From Mobula hypostoma (lineage: Eukaryota), in NCBI RefSeq assembly GCF_963921235.1, contig NC_086109.1, positions 6,264,001 through 6,328,000 on the forward strand: DNA of 64,000 nt, read 5' to 3'. Shown piece after piece: positions 47,765 to 61,182 of the stretch. The notes below the pieces were generated by a model that saw only the letters and a program-made list of their open reading frames with translations, was not told the DNA's origin and made no database searches. The translations under genes were made by a program, and so were the position numbers. Positions within the stretch are counted from its first letter, which is position 1; each line of letters opens with the position of its first letter.

Positions 47765-50700
47765 CTGCAAAAATGAAGAAAAAAGAATATTCTAAAGGTT
47801 AACAGATAATTGCATTGAACATAAAACACTACAGCACAATACAGGCCCTTTGGCTAATGACGTGCTGATCCTTTAACCTCCCCCAAGATCAATCTAACCC
47901 TTCCCTCCTACTTATGCCCCTTGTATTAGCCATTTCCACCCTGGGAAAAGTCTCTGGCATCTGGAAACACCTGTTACCTGTGTGGGTGCAGAAGAGAAAC
48001 CTACTAATATAATATAGAACATAGCACTATCTGAGACTTTTGGCCCATGATGTGCTGACCTTTTAATGTACTCTAAAGATCTATACAATCTTTCCTTCTT
48101 GCACAGACCCCCATTTTCTATCATCCGTGTGCCTATCTAAGTGTTTCTTAAATGCCCCTACTGACCCACCAGCCCCCACAGTACATACCACGCACCCACC
48201 ACTCTCTGTAAAACAATATACGTCTGACATCCACTTATACTTTCCTCCAGTCGCATTAAAATTATACCCCCTTGAATTAGCCTCTTCTGCCCTGGGAGAA
48301 AGTCTTTGACTGTCTGCTCTATCTATGCCTCTTATCATCTTGTACACCTCTATCAAGTCAGCTCTCATCCTCCTTTGCTCCAAAGAGAAAAACCCTAGCT
48401 TGTTCAACAGATCCTCAAAAGATATTCTAATTCTAATAAAACATTTCAATTCTAAAGTATGAATTGATTATATAACTATAATTGGGATGACCCTGCATTA
48501 CAATATGCAGAAATGAATGAGCTGTTTGTTCACTCTCCAGTGAATGGGCATAGTATTTAATGGGGGCTAATTCAATCCTGCCTCTTTTACAATCTTGGCC
48601 AAAGTTAGACTGATAAAGTAATAAATATGCAGGGACCCATTATATTGTAGCACTGAAGACAGAACAGATCAGATTTATTAATTGCATGGACTGAAGTTCA
48701 GAATCAGTTGTAGCAATCTTAAATTTAGCAAAAGGATTACTTAAAATATACCTCCCCTATTTTGCTAAAAAAAAGTATTGCTACCATGCTAACCCTTCAA
48801 ATATGAACTAAAGAAGAATCTCACAGAACAGGTTCTATTCGTGCCTACTACTATCAGAGTAAGAATACTTGCTTACAGGTTAGTAATCAGGAAAGAAAAT
48901 GTTCTTTGATTTAAATTGCACCACACTACACTATTACAATCTAGACCATAAAGTTTGAAATTCAATTTTTGCTAACATAACTCCCTCATGTATTTGACAA
49001 CTTTGCATTTTACAACACTAAGATAAACATGACTGGCTGAACAGAAATCAACTTCTGGCATCTTTTCCTAAAGCTTCCCAACTTTATGTTTATAATATTT
49101 TTTTTAAATGCTTAACTTGTTCAGGGTGTAAGCCAGCAAATTTGCAATACGGACTCACTTTCAAACACTCTACAACTCATGTTCTCAATATTAATTACTT
49201 ATTTATTATTATTATGATTTGTTTTTCTTTTTATATTTGTGCTGCTTGTTGTCTTTTGCACTTTGGTTGTCTGTCATTCTTTGTGTGCAGTTTTTCCAAA
49301 GTTCAAAGTAAATTTATTACCAAAGTATATATATGTCATGATATACTACCCTGAGATTCATTTTCCTGTGGGCACACTCAGCAAATCTACAGAATAGCAA
49401 CTATAGCATCAGCAATGAGTGCAGAAAACAACACTGTGCAAATGTAAATATAAATAAATAGCAATAAATAACAAGAACAGAAGATAACAAGATAAAGAAT
49501 CCTTAAAGTGAGATCATTAGTTCATTGAATCTACTGTTTTATTTCTATTCACTATGAATGCCCACAAGAAAATGAATCTCAGGGTTGTATATCATGACAT
49601 ATATGTATTTTGATAATAAATTTACTTTGAACTTTGTACTTGAACTTTGATATAAAATAGGATATTTACAAACTTTTTCAACACGACCAGTGGAATTTAG
49701 AAAGACAAGTGTTTTTTTTCCCCCCTCACTCACGTGTATTGAATCATGACCAACTGCTGGCACACTGAGGAACTTCAAAACTGAGAGACCACATTGTGGA
49801 TATGGTAAATATGGAAGATTTTGAGAGTGTCGGACTTGCTTTCACTAGAAGTACTAGATGTGAATAATAGTTGTATTTAAAAAGACCATAGGAAGAAAAA
49901 AAAATGAAGGGCATGTCAGAGGGAGTTTAAGTCAGATGGCTAACAGAGGCTGCTGTCCTTGGATGCTCATATGGAACATAAACACTGGCATGGATCTGTG
50001 AAATAAGTCATCTACAGCTGTGAAAATTTGTTACTATGCTTGAACTGGAGTGAAAGCACAAGCAAGACGGTTAACTATAGAAGCATGAGAGGAAGTGAAA
50101 AAACAAACAAGGGCTGAAGAATTGAGAACGTACTGTCAACTGACATAAACGGGAACTCAGAAGTAGGCACAGAGATAGTAGGGGAGAGCGAGAGAAAGAT
50201 TGAGGCCATGTGCAGTCAAAACGAAGACCTATTGATGTAGACAGAGGCTAGGTACCAAATGAGTTTATCATTGGGATGACTTTATCATTGTTATAACAAT
50301 GTGGTCTGTAAATAATGGCTTCTGGATCAACTGTGACTGACTTTGTGGCTGTGAGCTCACTTTTGTGAAGTTCAATTCTGAATGTCATTTGCTTGCTTTT
50401 ATTGTTTGTTCTCCAAGAGAACCACAACCTTGTTGTAGGGTTTGTAGGCTTGTGTGCCTCAGTGACCCAGAGAGCTATGCTGGCTGGAGTCAGGGCCTTA
50501 TGCTTTGGCTCTTGGTAAGGCACCAATGCCAAACAGGTCAAAGGGAAGAGGCCAGACTAAGAGTGATCCACCAGTCCTCCAGATCTGGGGATTCAGCTCA
50601 GGGCTAACAACGCTGATTGGTCAAAAAAAAATTGTTACAGAAAAGGCAATGAAGAATCCTTTTATACAGAAAGAGATGAAGCACCTTCATTACTGCCCTA

Positions 50701-53700
50701 AACACCAGTAATGTAACAGGCAATAAGTAGCTAAGTTTATTGTTTGCACAATCTGTTTTTTTCTGCACATTCGGTATTTTTTAATGTTTTCTACTGGGTT
50801 TCTTTGTTTTGTGGCTGGCTGTAAGGAGACAAATTTCAAGATTGTATATATTATACATGCTTGGATAATAAATGCACTTTGAACTTTGAACTATAATGTG
50901 TAGTGGGGGTATACCAGTGTCTGTTGTTAGGTTAGTCACCAAGTGTACTGGAACGTTTCTTGGGTTGCTGAGGGATGGAAGAAAATGGCCACGATACTGG
51001 GCATAACTTTCACTCCTCCTTGGATTTGGGGATGGTGCGACACAAACACAGAATTTGACAAGTTCTACAGTTGTTCAATATACTGTATATATAAACCTGG
51101 CAATTACAGAACCCCAACAACTACAGATCAGTCTGCTTAACATAGCAGTAGGATACGTTAAGAATGTGTAAAAACAGCCATAGATGAGTATGAAAGACAA
51201 CATGAGTTAGTAAAAAGAAAATAGAGATATTGGAGAAGTCACAAGAGGATTACTGAAGGACATGCAGTTGGTGAGGTGAATTGGTAAAAGCTGTACATAA
51301 TAGGACTATCAACAAGATTAAATTAAATTATCTTTATTATCACATGTACACCTAAACATCAAAACATATCGTGAAATGCATTTTTTGCAACTATGACCAA
51401 TACAGTCTGAGGAAGTGCTGGAGACAGTCTACAGGGGTCATCATACTTTGGGCACCAACACAGCATGCCCTCAACTTAACACACCCTAACCTGTACATCT
51501 TTGGAATGTGGGAGGAAACCGGAGCACCCAGAGGAAACCCACGCAGCCATGGCGAGAATGTACAAATTCCTTACAGACAGCGGTGGGAATTGAACCTAGG
51601 ACAGTGATAGTATGAACAAAAAAACCTGGCCTCAGGACAGAACGCAAAGGTTGTGGCTATTACATAGACTGGAGGAAATGTTATTCCCAGGGAAACACTG
51701 CCATTCCAGATTTTACGAGATCTATTGGATTATACAGAGGACTACCTCAAAATGGACACCATGGCAGCATGACTGTAAGCTATTACAATTCAGGGCTTCA
51801 GAGATCAGTGTTCAATTCCCATGGCATCTGTAAAGAGCTTATATGTCTTCCCCATGACCACGTGGGTTTCCTCTGGGTGCTCCAGTTTCCTCCCATATTC
51901 AAAACACGTAGGTTAATTGGTCATTGTAATTTGTCCTGTGATTAGGCCAGGGTTAAATAGGTGGGTTCCTGGGTGGCACGGCTCATTGAACTGGAAGAGC
52001 CTGTTCCACGTTGTAAAAAAAAAAGTTTCCAGGTGACAACTTTTCACGTGAAGTGAATAATTAGTACAGACTTTAAGAGAACATTGACAGGCTGGGGAGA
52101 TAAATGTCAACTGATACTGAATGCATACAGTTGTAGAAATAGTGACATCTTGGTCAAAAGAAAGGGATGAGGATACAAATTGAAAAGTATGTAGGATCAT
52201 ATAGATTGGGATGCAGGGGTGCAATTAATGTTTCCAGATGGCAGGATAGTTTGAAAGAGTAGTTGTAAAATCACCAAAATCTCTGACCTCATAAATGTTG
52301 GCATAAGGGCACAAAAGGAAAGTTTATGTTTATGCCTCGGGCAGACTCACATGCAGCAGAAATGCTATAAAAATGTTATAAAACCCCTCTACACCTCCCA
52401 CCAACACTACTCTATCATTTCCTATCAGAGCCACCTCATGTGCAATCACTCCTGTGCCTGCTGTTACTTTACGGACATACATTATATAATATATATATAT
52501 ACACATGTTTTTAATACTTACTGCATTTTTGTATTATTGTGTTCTTTACCTTATTGTCCTTTTTAGTGCTGCATTGGCTGTGGATGAACAATTATTTCTT
52601 TCTCCTTTATACTTGTGTACTGGAAATAACATTAAACAATCTTGAAAATCTAGGTCAGCTACATCTGGAATGCTGTAAGGGTGCAGCAGCCAGTTCAGAT
52701 CATCGTGCTCCATGAAGGAGACACGGGTCTTGTAGAGGCTGATCTTTGCAATATAGGAAATGAGTTATAGGGAAACACTGGGGAAACTGGGGTGGCTCTG
52801 CTTACAGCAGAGAAGTGAGGGAGATAGGGAGGTCTGCAAAATAATGAGATAGACAGAAGGAAATGGTCTGAATTTAGGACAGACATGGTACTTGGATTAC
52901 TAGGCTAAAAGCCAGAGTTCTTGTCCCCTGACCCACAGATGAGTTTGAATCTTACAAAGGCAGCTGCAGTATTTACATTTAAGTAACTAAATTTTTTTTA
53001 AAAACTGGAATAAAATAGCCTCTTTGACAGCTACCATTAAAGTACAGGTTTGTTATAATAACATACCAGGTTCACCAAAGTCCTCCAGGGAAAGAAATCC
53101 ACCACCCTTATCTGATCCAACTCCTAGTGACTCCTGACCCACCAATGTAACAGACTTTCAACTGTTTGTATATTTTCCCCATGACCCTGTGGGTTTCCTC
53201 CAGGTGCTCCGGTTTCCTCCCACAGTGCAAAGATGTACCAGTTAGTAGGTTAATTGGGCATTGTAAATTGTCCCGTGATTAGGCGAGGGTGAAACTGGAG
53301 GATTGCTAAGCCAGAAGGGCCCACTCTGCACTGTGTCTAAATAAATAAATCAATATACAAATAGATTGGACGAGTAATTGAAATTTAAAAATACACTGGT
53401 TTATGGGACTCAAAGTTTCTTTGCTTTTTCTATACCATGATTTAAAAATATTAATTCTGTTAGAAGTTAACAAGGCCTCACAGAGGAAGGTTGAGCATGT
53501 ACTGGTTCCTCATAATTTAGATTTTGAGCAGCAGGTTTTGTCAGTGTTTGTGTGATTTTTCCAGTTAAATTCCGCCTGGCTTCAACAACCAATTTCAAAG
53601 CTTACTCACTGATATTTTCTTGCACAGGACACTCTGACTGCACTCAGATTTCTTCTGAAGACATTCAACCTACAATGTTGGCATTTTCCCAATAAGCACA

Positions 53701-53945
53701 AAGCAATAAATTATGGTTCTTCGTGTGTTTTGCAATTAAAATTAAATATGAATTGCTTCTGTCATACAAATGAGAAACTGCCAAGGATGACAGCGGTTCA
53801 TGACAGTAACTCGTTGCTACTTTTAAGGCTATTATGATGAACTCTGTCCTTGTCTGCAACACACACACTGCAAAGAAAGAATTTTTAAAAAACGCAACCT
53901 GAGTGATTATTTCACAAATAAGAGAAAGCAATCTCAAAAGCATAC

Positions 53946-54061
53946 CTCAACTTCCTCGGTTTCATTCTCTTTCAATGCAAAAGTTGAGGCTTCAGTGTCT
54001 GGGCCAGCCAAAAGACGGATTAAAAGGGGTTGTTCAGTTCCTTTGAGTTTCTGCAAATGCA
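53946..54061 (-). CDS. RASSF5: RASSF5 penultimate coding exon (end of RA domain)
   Basis: Acceptor cctttctag|TG, donor GAG|gtatg, 116 nt. The phase-1 start matches the upstream exon. Encodes (V)HLQKLKGTEQPLLIRLLAGPDTEASTFALKENETEEVE (RASSF motif P-L-x-x-RLLAGPD...F-x-LKENET). Confidence 0.93.
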
Positions 54062-54592
54062 CTAGAAAGGTTTAAAAATGTGTTGGTTATTTGGTGCTTT
54101 GATTGATAGAGAAACAAAAAGCAAAACAGTCTACAGCAACACACTCAAAATGCTGGAGGAACTCAGCAGGTCAGGCGGCTTCTATTAGGGAAATAAACAG
54201 TAGATGTTTCAGGCTGAGATCCTTCATCAGGACCAGAAAAGAAGTGGGGAGAAGCCGGAATAAGGAGGGGAAGGAGTAGAAACTGACAGGTGATAGGTGA
54301 AGCCAGGTGAGGGTGAGGTGGGTGAGTGGGGGGGGGGATCAATAAACCTCTTTGCAGTAATTACAAATGCATTAACACCATTTCTTATCTAAGGAAACCA
54401 ATAATTTAAATATAATTCTATCTGCAGCTTCATATCTGAAGCATAATTTCTCCACTCTATACTTGGCTCCCCTAGCAATAAATTACAACTTTCTGTTGGC
54501 TTTCCTCATCTTGTATGCTAGCCTCTTCCAAATCGTGCCCTCGGACATGCAAGTCCCTCAGCATCTCACAGCTCTGCAGTATCTCACCATTC

Positions 54593-55320
54593 AGACAGTG
54601 TGCTATCAGACAAAATAGGAGTCGAAATAGACAGTGTCCTATCAGACAAAATAGGAGTCGAAATAGACAGTGTCCTATCAGACAAAATAGGAGTCGAAAT
54701 AGACAGTGTCCTATCAGACAAAATAGGAGTCGAAATAGACAGTGTCCTATCAGACAAAATAGGAGTCGAAATAGACAGTGTCCTATCAGACAAAATAGGA
54801 GTCGAAATAGACAGTGTCCTATCAGACAAAATAGGAGTCGAAATAGACAGTGTCCTATCAGACAAAATAGGAGTCGAAATAGACAGTGTCCTATCAGACA
54901 AAATAGGAGTCGAAATAGACAGTGTCCTATCAGACAAAATAGGAGTCGAAATAGACAGTGTCCTATCAGACAAAATAGGAGTCGAAATAGACAGTGTCCT
55001 ATCAGACAAAATAGGAGTCGAAATAGACAGTGTCCTATCAGACAAAATAGGAGTCAAAATAGACAGTGTGCTATCAGACAAAATAGGAGTCGAAATAGGC
55101 AGTGTGCTATCAGACAAAATAGGAGTCGAAATAGACAGTGTGCTATCAGACAAAATAGGAGTCGAAATAGACAGTGTCCTATCAGACAAAATAGGAGTCG
55201 AAATAGACAGTGTCCTATTAGACAAAATAGTAATTGAAGTAGACAGTGTGCTATCAGACAAAATATGAGTTAAAATAGACAGTGTCCTATCAGACAAAAT
55301 AGGAGTTGAAATAGACAGTG
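54593..55320 (+). repeat. 36-bp minisatellite, about 20 near-identical copies, in a RASSF5 intron
   Basis: Unit cagtgtcctatcagacaaaataggagtcgaaataga with no spacers. Variants are concentrated in the right-hand copies. Confidence 0.97.
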
Positions 55321-57256
55321 CCACTGAATCTCAAGAGTTGGTGGTTAGATTTTTCCTTGTGGGCGAATTGTTACTACTTAGCACTTGTGAGACAAAAATA
55401 GTGCTACCACTAATCACTCCATTCTCAAGTGAGGGCCACCATTTAATATGGTCATGTCTTCTCCGACCATAGCCTCAACTCCACTTTCCCCTTAACCCTT
55501 GATTCTCCTGCAGCCAAAACTCAGTCACTGCAGATCCCTGGAGTACGCAGTTCAAAGATTCAGAGCCCCCGGGACTCAGCCACTGGGTAGAAAGTGCTAA
55601 TTGTTCATAATGAGAGATAAACTTCCTCCTCTTCTCTGCCTTAAATAGGGTATTCCCTTTTTCTGAAACTATGCCTTGATTTTAAGATTCCCCACCCACT
55701 ATAAAACATCTCTTCACCATCTACTATCAGCTCTCGTCTCTCTCTCTGTTGGATACAGGCATACATGCTCAAAGGTTCTTCACCAACAACTGATGTGAAA
55801 TATCAAGGGGTTGAGTTTCATTTCCAGAGCTTATCAAGAAATTGTGCTACAGTGTTCTTGAGAGAGTATTGATCAGGTTAGGTTTCAAGTTTCCACAAAC
55901 AAACGGACCAACAATGAACCTCCAGCTACAAGAACCATTACTACCCTTCAACCATCGGGCTCCTGAACCACTGTGGATAACTTCACTCACCTCAACACTG
56001 AACTGATTCCATAACCTACAAACTCACTCTCACGGACTCTGCAACTTGTGTTCTCAATATTATTTATTATTTGTTCTTTGTTGTATTTGCACAGTTGGTT
56101 TTCTTTTGCATGTTAGACGTTTGCTAGTTTTTGTGTGTGGTTTCTCATTGATTCTATTGTGCCTCTTTGTATCTACTGTGAATGCCTGCAGGAAAGTGAA
56201 TCTCAGGGTAATATATGGTGATGTATACATTTTTAATAAGAAATGTACTTTGAATCTTTGAACAACTGAGAATAGAAAGTAGCAATTTAACTTGATTCAT
56301 TGGTTATAAAAAAAAACCCTTACAGACAGAAATTTGAATTTGAAGGTGTTGAGTCTCTGACTCATTGGGGAACTATGGGGACTCAGAAAGTGAGTCACTC
56401 TCTGCAAGATACTCAGTCATTTCCCTTTTCCCAGGACTGGTCTGGTTAAGTTTCAAGCTAGTGATGATGCCAACATGTTGGTGATGAGGAACTTAACACA
56501 GGGAGTGCCACTGAATCTCAAGAGTTGGTGGTTAGATTTTTCCTTGTGGGCGAATTGTTACTACTTAGCACTTGTGGGACAAAAATGGTGCTACCACTAA
56601 TCACTCCATTCTCAAAAGCTGCCAGTCTTGCTGCATGACAGCATTGACCCGCTTTGTTTTTCAGATATTGCAAACAGAATTGAGCACTACACAATCGTCA
56701 GCCCTACTCTAGCCTTAAAGTGGAATTCCAGCCTTCTTTTCCATTTTTGGACCAATGGCGTAAAGAAGTCCAGAGCTCTGCATTCTCGTAGAACCCAAAC
56801 TAAGCATGGATGAGAAAATTATTTCTAAGCAAGCTCCACTTGATAACACACACTGTCAACTTTATTGATAATTGATGGCAAACAAATAAGGTTTATCCTG
56901 CTTGTTACTGACAGAGACTGTTGGCCAATATTTAGATTAGCTTTATCGGTCTCATTCAAGACGCAAGATTGTTTGATGTCACTTCCTGTACCCAAGTGCA
57001 AGGAGAAAAAAATAATTAGTACAAAAAAAGATAAAGAACACAATAAGAATAATAAAAAACACAATAAATATAAGTTTAGACAACAGGAATTCTGGAGATG
57101 CTGGAAATTCAAGCAACACACATCAAAGTTGCTGGTGAACGCAGCAGGCCAGGCAGCATCTGTAGGAAGAGGTGCAGTCGACGTTTCAGGCCGAGACCCT
57201 TTGTCAGGACTAATTGAAGGAAGTGGAAATGGAAATATAAATTCAGGGCATTTTTT

Positions 57257-57526
57257 AAGGCATCCGTTCTTCACTCTCCAGGACGCAGGCCTGGGCAAGG
57301 TTGTAGGGAAGACCAGCAGTTGCCCATGCTGCAAGTCTCCCCTCTCTATGAGACCGATGTTGTCCAAGGGAAGGGCAAGGGCCGATACAGCTTGGCACCA
57401 GTGTCGTCGCAGAGCAATGTGTGGTTAAGTGCCTTGCTCAAGGACACACACACCGCCTCGCCTGGGGCTCGAACTCACGACCTTCAGATCGCTAGTCCAA
57501 TGCCTTAACCACTTGGCCACATGCCC
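57257..57526 (-). mobile_element. Second copy of the same tRNA-derived SINE, with an internal deletion near the 3' end
   Basis: The reverse complement matches 22279-22590. aattcag occurs on both flanks. Confidence 0.85.
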
Positions 57527-58604
57527 AATTCAGTACATAAGATAGCTTATATACATAATGTACATAAAGTGACGCTAAGTTGTATATAAGGTGATTGATG
57601 GGAAATAATAAGGGCAGCCTGCAGATAACAAACATTGAGCTGAACTGAATATGCCTGGACTCTTTGATTTTGTGTTTTATATTCTGTGTTTCTCGCTTCT
57701 TTTTGTTGTTGTTTTCACATGGGGTGGGGGTGATGTTTTTCTTTGAATGGCTCCATGGTTTTCTTTGTTCCATGGCTATCTTTGAGGGTCGTACACTGCA
57801 TACATACTTTTCGAAAATAAATGTACTTTGAATCTTTGAATGATGTAGTGGTGTATAGTAGTTAGTGGGTGGAGGTGTTGATAAGCTTTACTGCTTGGGG
57901 AAGGAAACTGTTTTTGAGTGTGGTGGTCCTGGCATGGATGCTACATAGCCTCCTCCCTGATGGGAGTCGGACAAACAGTCCACTAATAGGGTGCGTGGGA
58001 TCCTTCATGATGTTACTAGCCCTTTGCCGGCATGTTTCTGTATACATGTCCTTGATGATGGGTATGCTGCTGCCAGTGATGTGTTGGGTAGTTTTGACCT
58101 CCCATTGTAGAGCCTTCCAGTTCCGCTGCAGTGCAATTCCCATACCAAGAAATGATGCAGCTTGTTAGGATGCTGTCTACTGCGCCTCTGTAGAATGACA
58201 TAAGTATGGATGTGCAAAGTCCAGCTCTCATCAGCCTCCTCAGAAAGAGGTAGCCAGGTACATTGAAATATACGGTGAAACATACACAAAAATTTCCAGC
58301 ATCTGCAGAATCTGTGTTTATGAAAAATACAGTGAAATGCATTATTTCAATGGCAACACTGTCCAAGGATGAGCAAGGAGCAGCCCATATGTGTCACCAT
58401 TATTCCAACACTAACACAGCATTCCACAATTTACTAACTCTAACCTGTACATCTTTGGAATGTGGGAAGAAACCAGAGAACCTGGAGGAAACCTATGCAG
58501 TCACGAGAGTGTACAAATTCTTTACAGACAGCAGCAGGAATGGAATCATGATCGCTGGCGTTATGTTGGGTTATGCTAACCACTCCTCTACAGTGCCAAC
58601 TGTT

Positions 58605-60513
58605 TGAATCTTAAAAAGAATCTTAAGAAAGAAATTAGAAAAGCTAAAAGATATGAGGTTGCTTTGGCAAGTAAGGTGAAAATAAATCCAAAGGGTTTCT
58701 ACCGTCATGTTAATAGCAAAAGGATAGTGAGGGATAAAATTGGTCCCTTAGAGAATCAGAGTGGACGGCTATGTGCGGAGCCAAAAGAGATGGGGGAGAT
58801 TTTGAACAATTTCTTTTCTTCGGTATTCACTAAGGAGAAGGATGTTGAATTGTGTAAGGTAATGGAAACAAGTAGGGTAGTTATGGAAACTATGGTGATT
58901 AAAAAGAAGTAGTACTGGCGCTTTTAAGGAATATAAAAGTGGATAAGTCTCCGGGTCCTGACAGGATATTCCCTAGGACCTTGAGGGAAGTTAGTGTGGA
59001 AATAACAGGGGCTCTGACAGAAATATTTCAAATGTCATTAGAAACGAGGATGGTGCCGGAGGATTGGCGTATTGCTCATGTTGTTCCATTGTTTAAAAAG
59101 GGTTCTAAGAGTAAACCTAGCAATTATAGGCCTGTGAGTTTGACGTCAGTGGTGGGTAAATTGATGGAAAGTATTCTTAGAGATGGTATATATAATTATC
59201 TGGATAGACAGGGTCTGATTAGGAACAGTCAACATGGATTTGTGCGTGGAAGGTCGTGTTTGACAAATCTTACTGGAATTTTTTGAAGAGGTTACTAGAA
59301 AAGTTGACGAGGGTAAAGCGTTGGATGTTGTCTATATGGACTTCAGTAAGGCCTTTGACAAGGCTCCACACGGAAGGTTAGTTAGGAAGGTTCAATCGTT
59401 AGGTATTAATATTGTAGTAAAATGGATTCAGCAGTGGCTGGATGGGAGACACCAGAGAGTAGTGGTGCATAACTTTGTCAGATTGGAGGCCGGTGGCTAG
59501 TGGTGTGCCTCAGGGATCTGTACTGGATCCAATGTTGTTTGTCATGTATATTAATGATCTGGATGATGGGGTGGTAAATTGGATTAGTAGGTATGCAGAT
59601 GATACTAAGATAGGTGGAGTTGTGGATAATGAAGTAGGTTTTCAAAGCTTGCAGAGAGAGTTAGGCCAGTTAGAAGAGTGGACTGAAAGATGGCAGATGG
59701 AGTGTAATGCTGATAAACGTGAGGTGCTATATTTTGGTAGGACTAATCAAAATAGGACATACATGGTAAATGGTAGGACATTGAAGAATGCAGTAGACAG
59801 AGGGATCTAGGAATAATGGTGCATAGTTCCCTGAAGGTGGAATCTCATGTGGACAGGGTGATGAAGAAAGCGTTTGGTATGCTGGCCTTTATAAATCAGA
59901 GCATTGAGTATAGGAGTTGGGATGTAGTGTTAAAATTGTACAAGGCATTGGTAAGGCCAAATTTGGAGTATTGCGTTCAGTTCTGGTCACCAAATTATAG
60001 GAAAGATGTGAACAAAATTGAGAGAGTACAGAGAAGCTTTACTAGAATGTTACCTGGTTTTCATCTCCTAAGTTACAGAGAAAGGTTGAACAAGTTGGGT
60101 CTTTATTCTTTGGAGCGTAGAAGGTTGAGGGGGAACTTGATAGAGGTATTTAAAATTATGAAGGGGATAGACAGAGTTAACGTGGATAGGCTTTTTCCAT
60201 TGAGAGTGAGGGAGATTCAAACAAGAGGACATGAGTTGAGAGTTAAAGGGCAAAAGTTTAGGGGTAACATGAGGGGGAACTTCTTTACTCAGAGAGTGGT
60301 AGCTGTGCAGAACGGGCTTCCAGCAGAAGTGGTTGAGGCAGGTTCGATGTTGTCATTTAAAGTTAAAAATTGGATAGGTATATGGACAGGAAAGGGATGG
60401 AGGGTTATGGGCTGAGTGCAGGTCGGTGGGACTAGGTGAGAGTAAGAGTTCGGAACGGACTAGAAGGGCCGAGATGGCCTGTTTCCGTGCTGTAATTGTT
60501 ATATGATTGTATG
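58605..60513 (+). mobile_element. 5'-truncated, frameshifted CR1 LINE in a RASSF5 intron (antisense to the gene)
   Basis: ORF pieces 58604-60415 with KSPGPD, NYRPVSLTS, GVPQGSVL, YADDTK and EYCVQFWSP. Confidence 0.93.
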
Positions 60514-60904
60514 TTTGGACCAAAAGTGTAAGACAGTCCAGAGCTGAGGTGTTTCCATAAAATGCAAACTGAGCACAGATGAGAAGGTTATTTGTGAGTA
60601 AATTCTACTTGATAACACACACTGTCAATTTTACTGATAATTGCCATCAGAGAAATGGGTTTAATCCCACTTTTTACCAACAGGGACAAATGGGCAATTT
60701 TCCACATTGAACAGGTAAATGCCTCTGTTGGCTGTACTGTCACAGCTAATTCTAAATATCAGCCTTCAGCGCCATAGCCAGGATACTGTCCGGCTGTATA
60801 ACCTTTGCTGCTTCCAAAGCCCTAAGTCATTTCTTAAGATCACATAATGTGAATTGACTTGGCTGAAGTCAGGCTTCTGGGATGTCGAGAACCTCAGGAA
60901 GAAA

Positions 60905-61182
60905 CACGGTAGCACAGTGGTTAGTACGACGCTATTACATCTCAGGGCATCGGTGTCTGGCAGCACCTGTAAGGAGTTTGTACATCTTTCCCGTGACCAT
61001 GCGGGTTTCCTCCGGGTGCTCTGGTTTCCTTCCGTAGTCCAAAGGCGTACTGGTTAGTCGGTTAACTGGTCATTGTAAATGGCCCTGTGATTAGTCTTGG
61101 GTTAAATAGGTAGATTGCTGGGTGTCACAGCTCTTCAAGCCAAAAGGGCCTGTTCTGCATTGTACCTCTAAATAAATAAATA
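60905..61182 (+). mobile_element. V-domain tRNA SINE (HE1-like). Other degenerate copies at ~6640-6780(-), 8690-8870(-), 9250-9510, 16085-16340, 21035-21310, 23930-24110, 32760-32905, 51330-51600(-), 51770-52020, 53165-53350, 58320-58600(-)
   Basis: Degenerate A/B-box head followed by the V-SINE-type motif ggagtttgtac-t-ct-cccgtgaccatgcgggtttcctccgggtgctctggtttcct, with a (taaa)n tail. Confidence 0.75.

Noticed and set aside
54515..55324. CRISPR-like 36-bp repeats and 222-246 aa repeat ORFs
   Set aside because: Units are head-to-tail with no unique spacers, there are no cas genes, and the context is a eukaryotic intron. The ORFs are a by-product of a unit length divisible by three.
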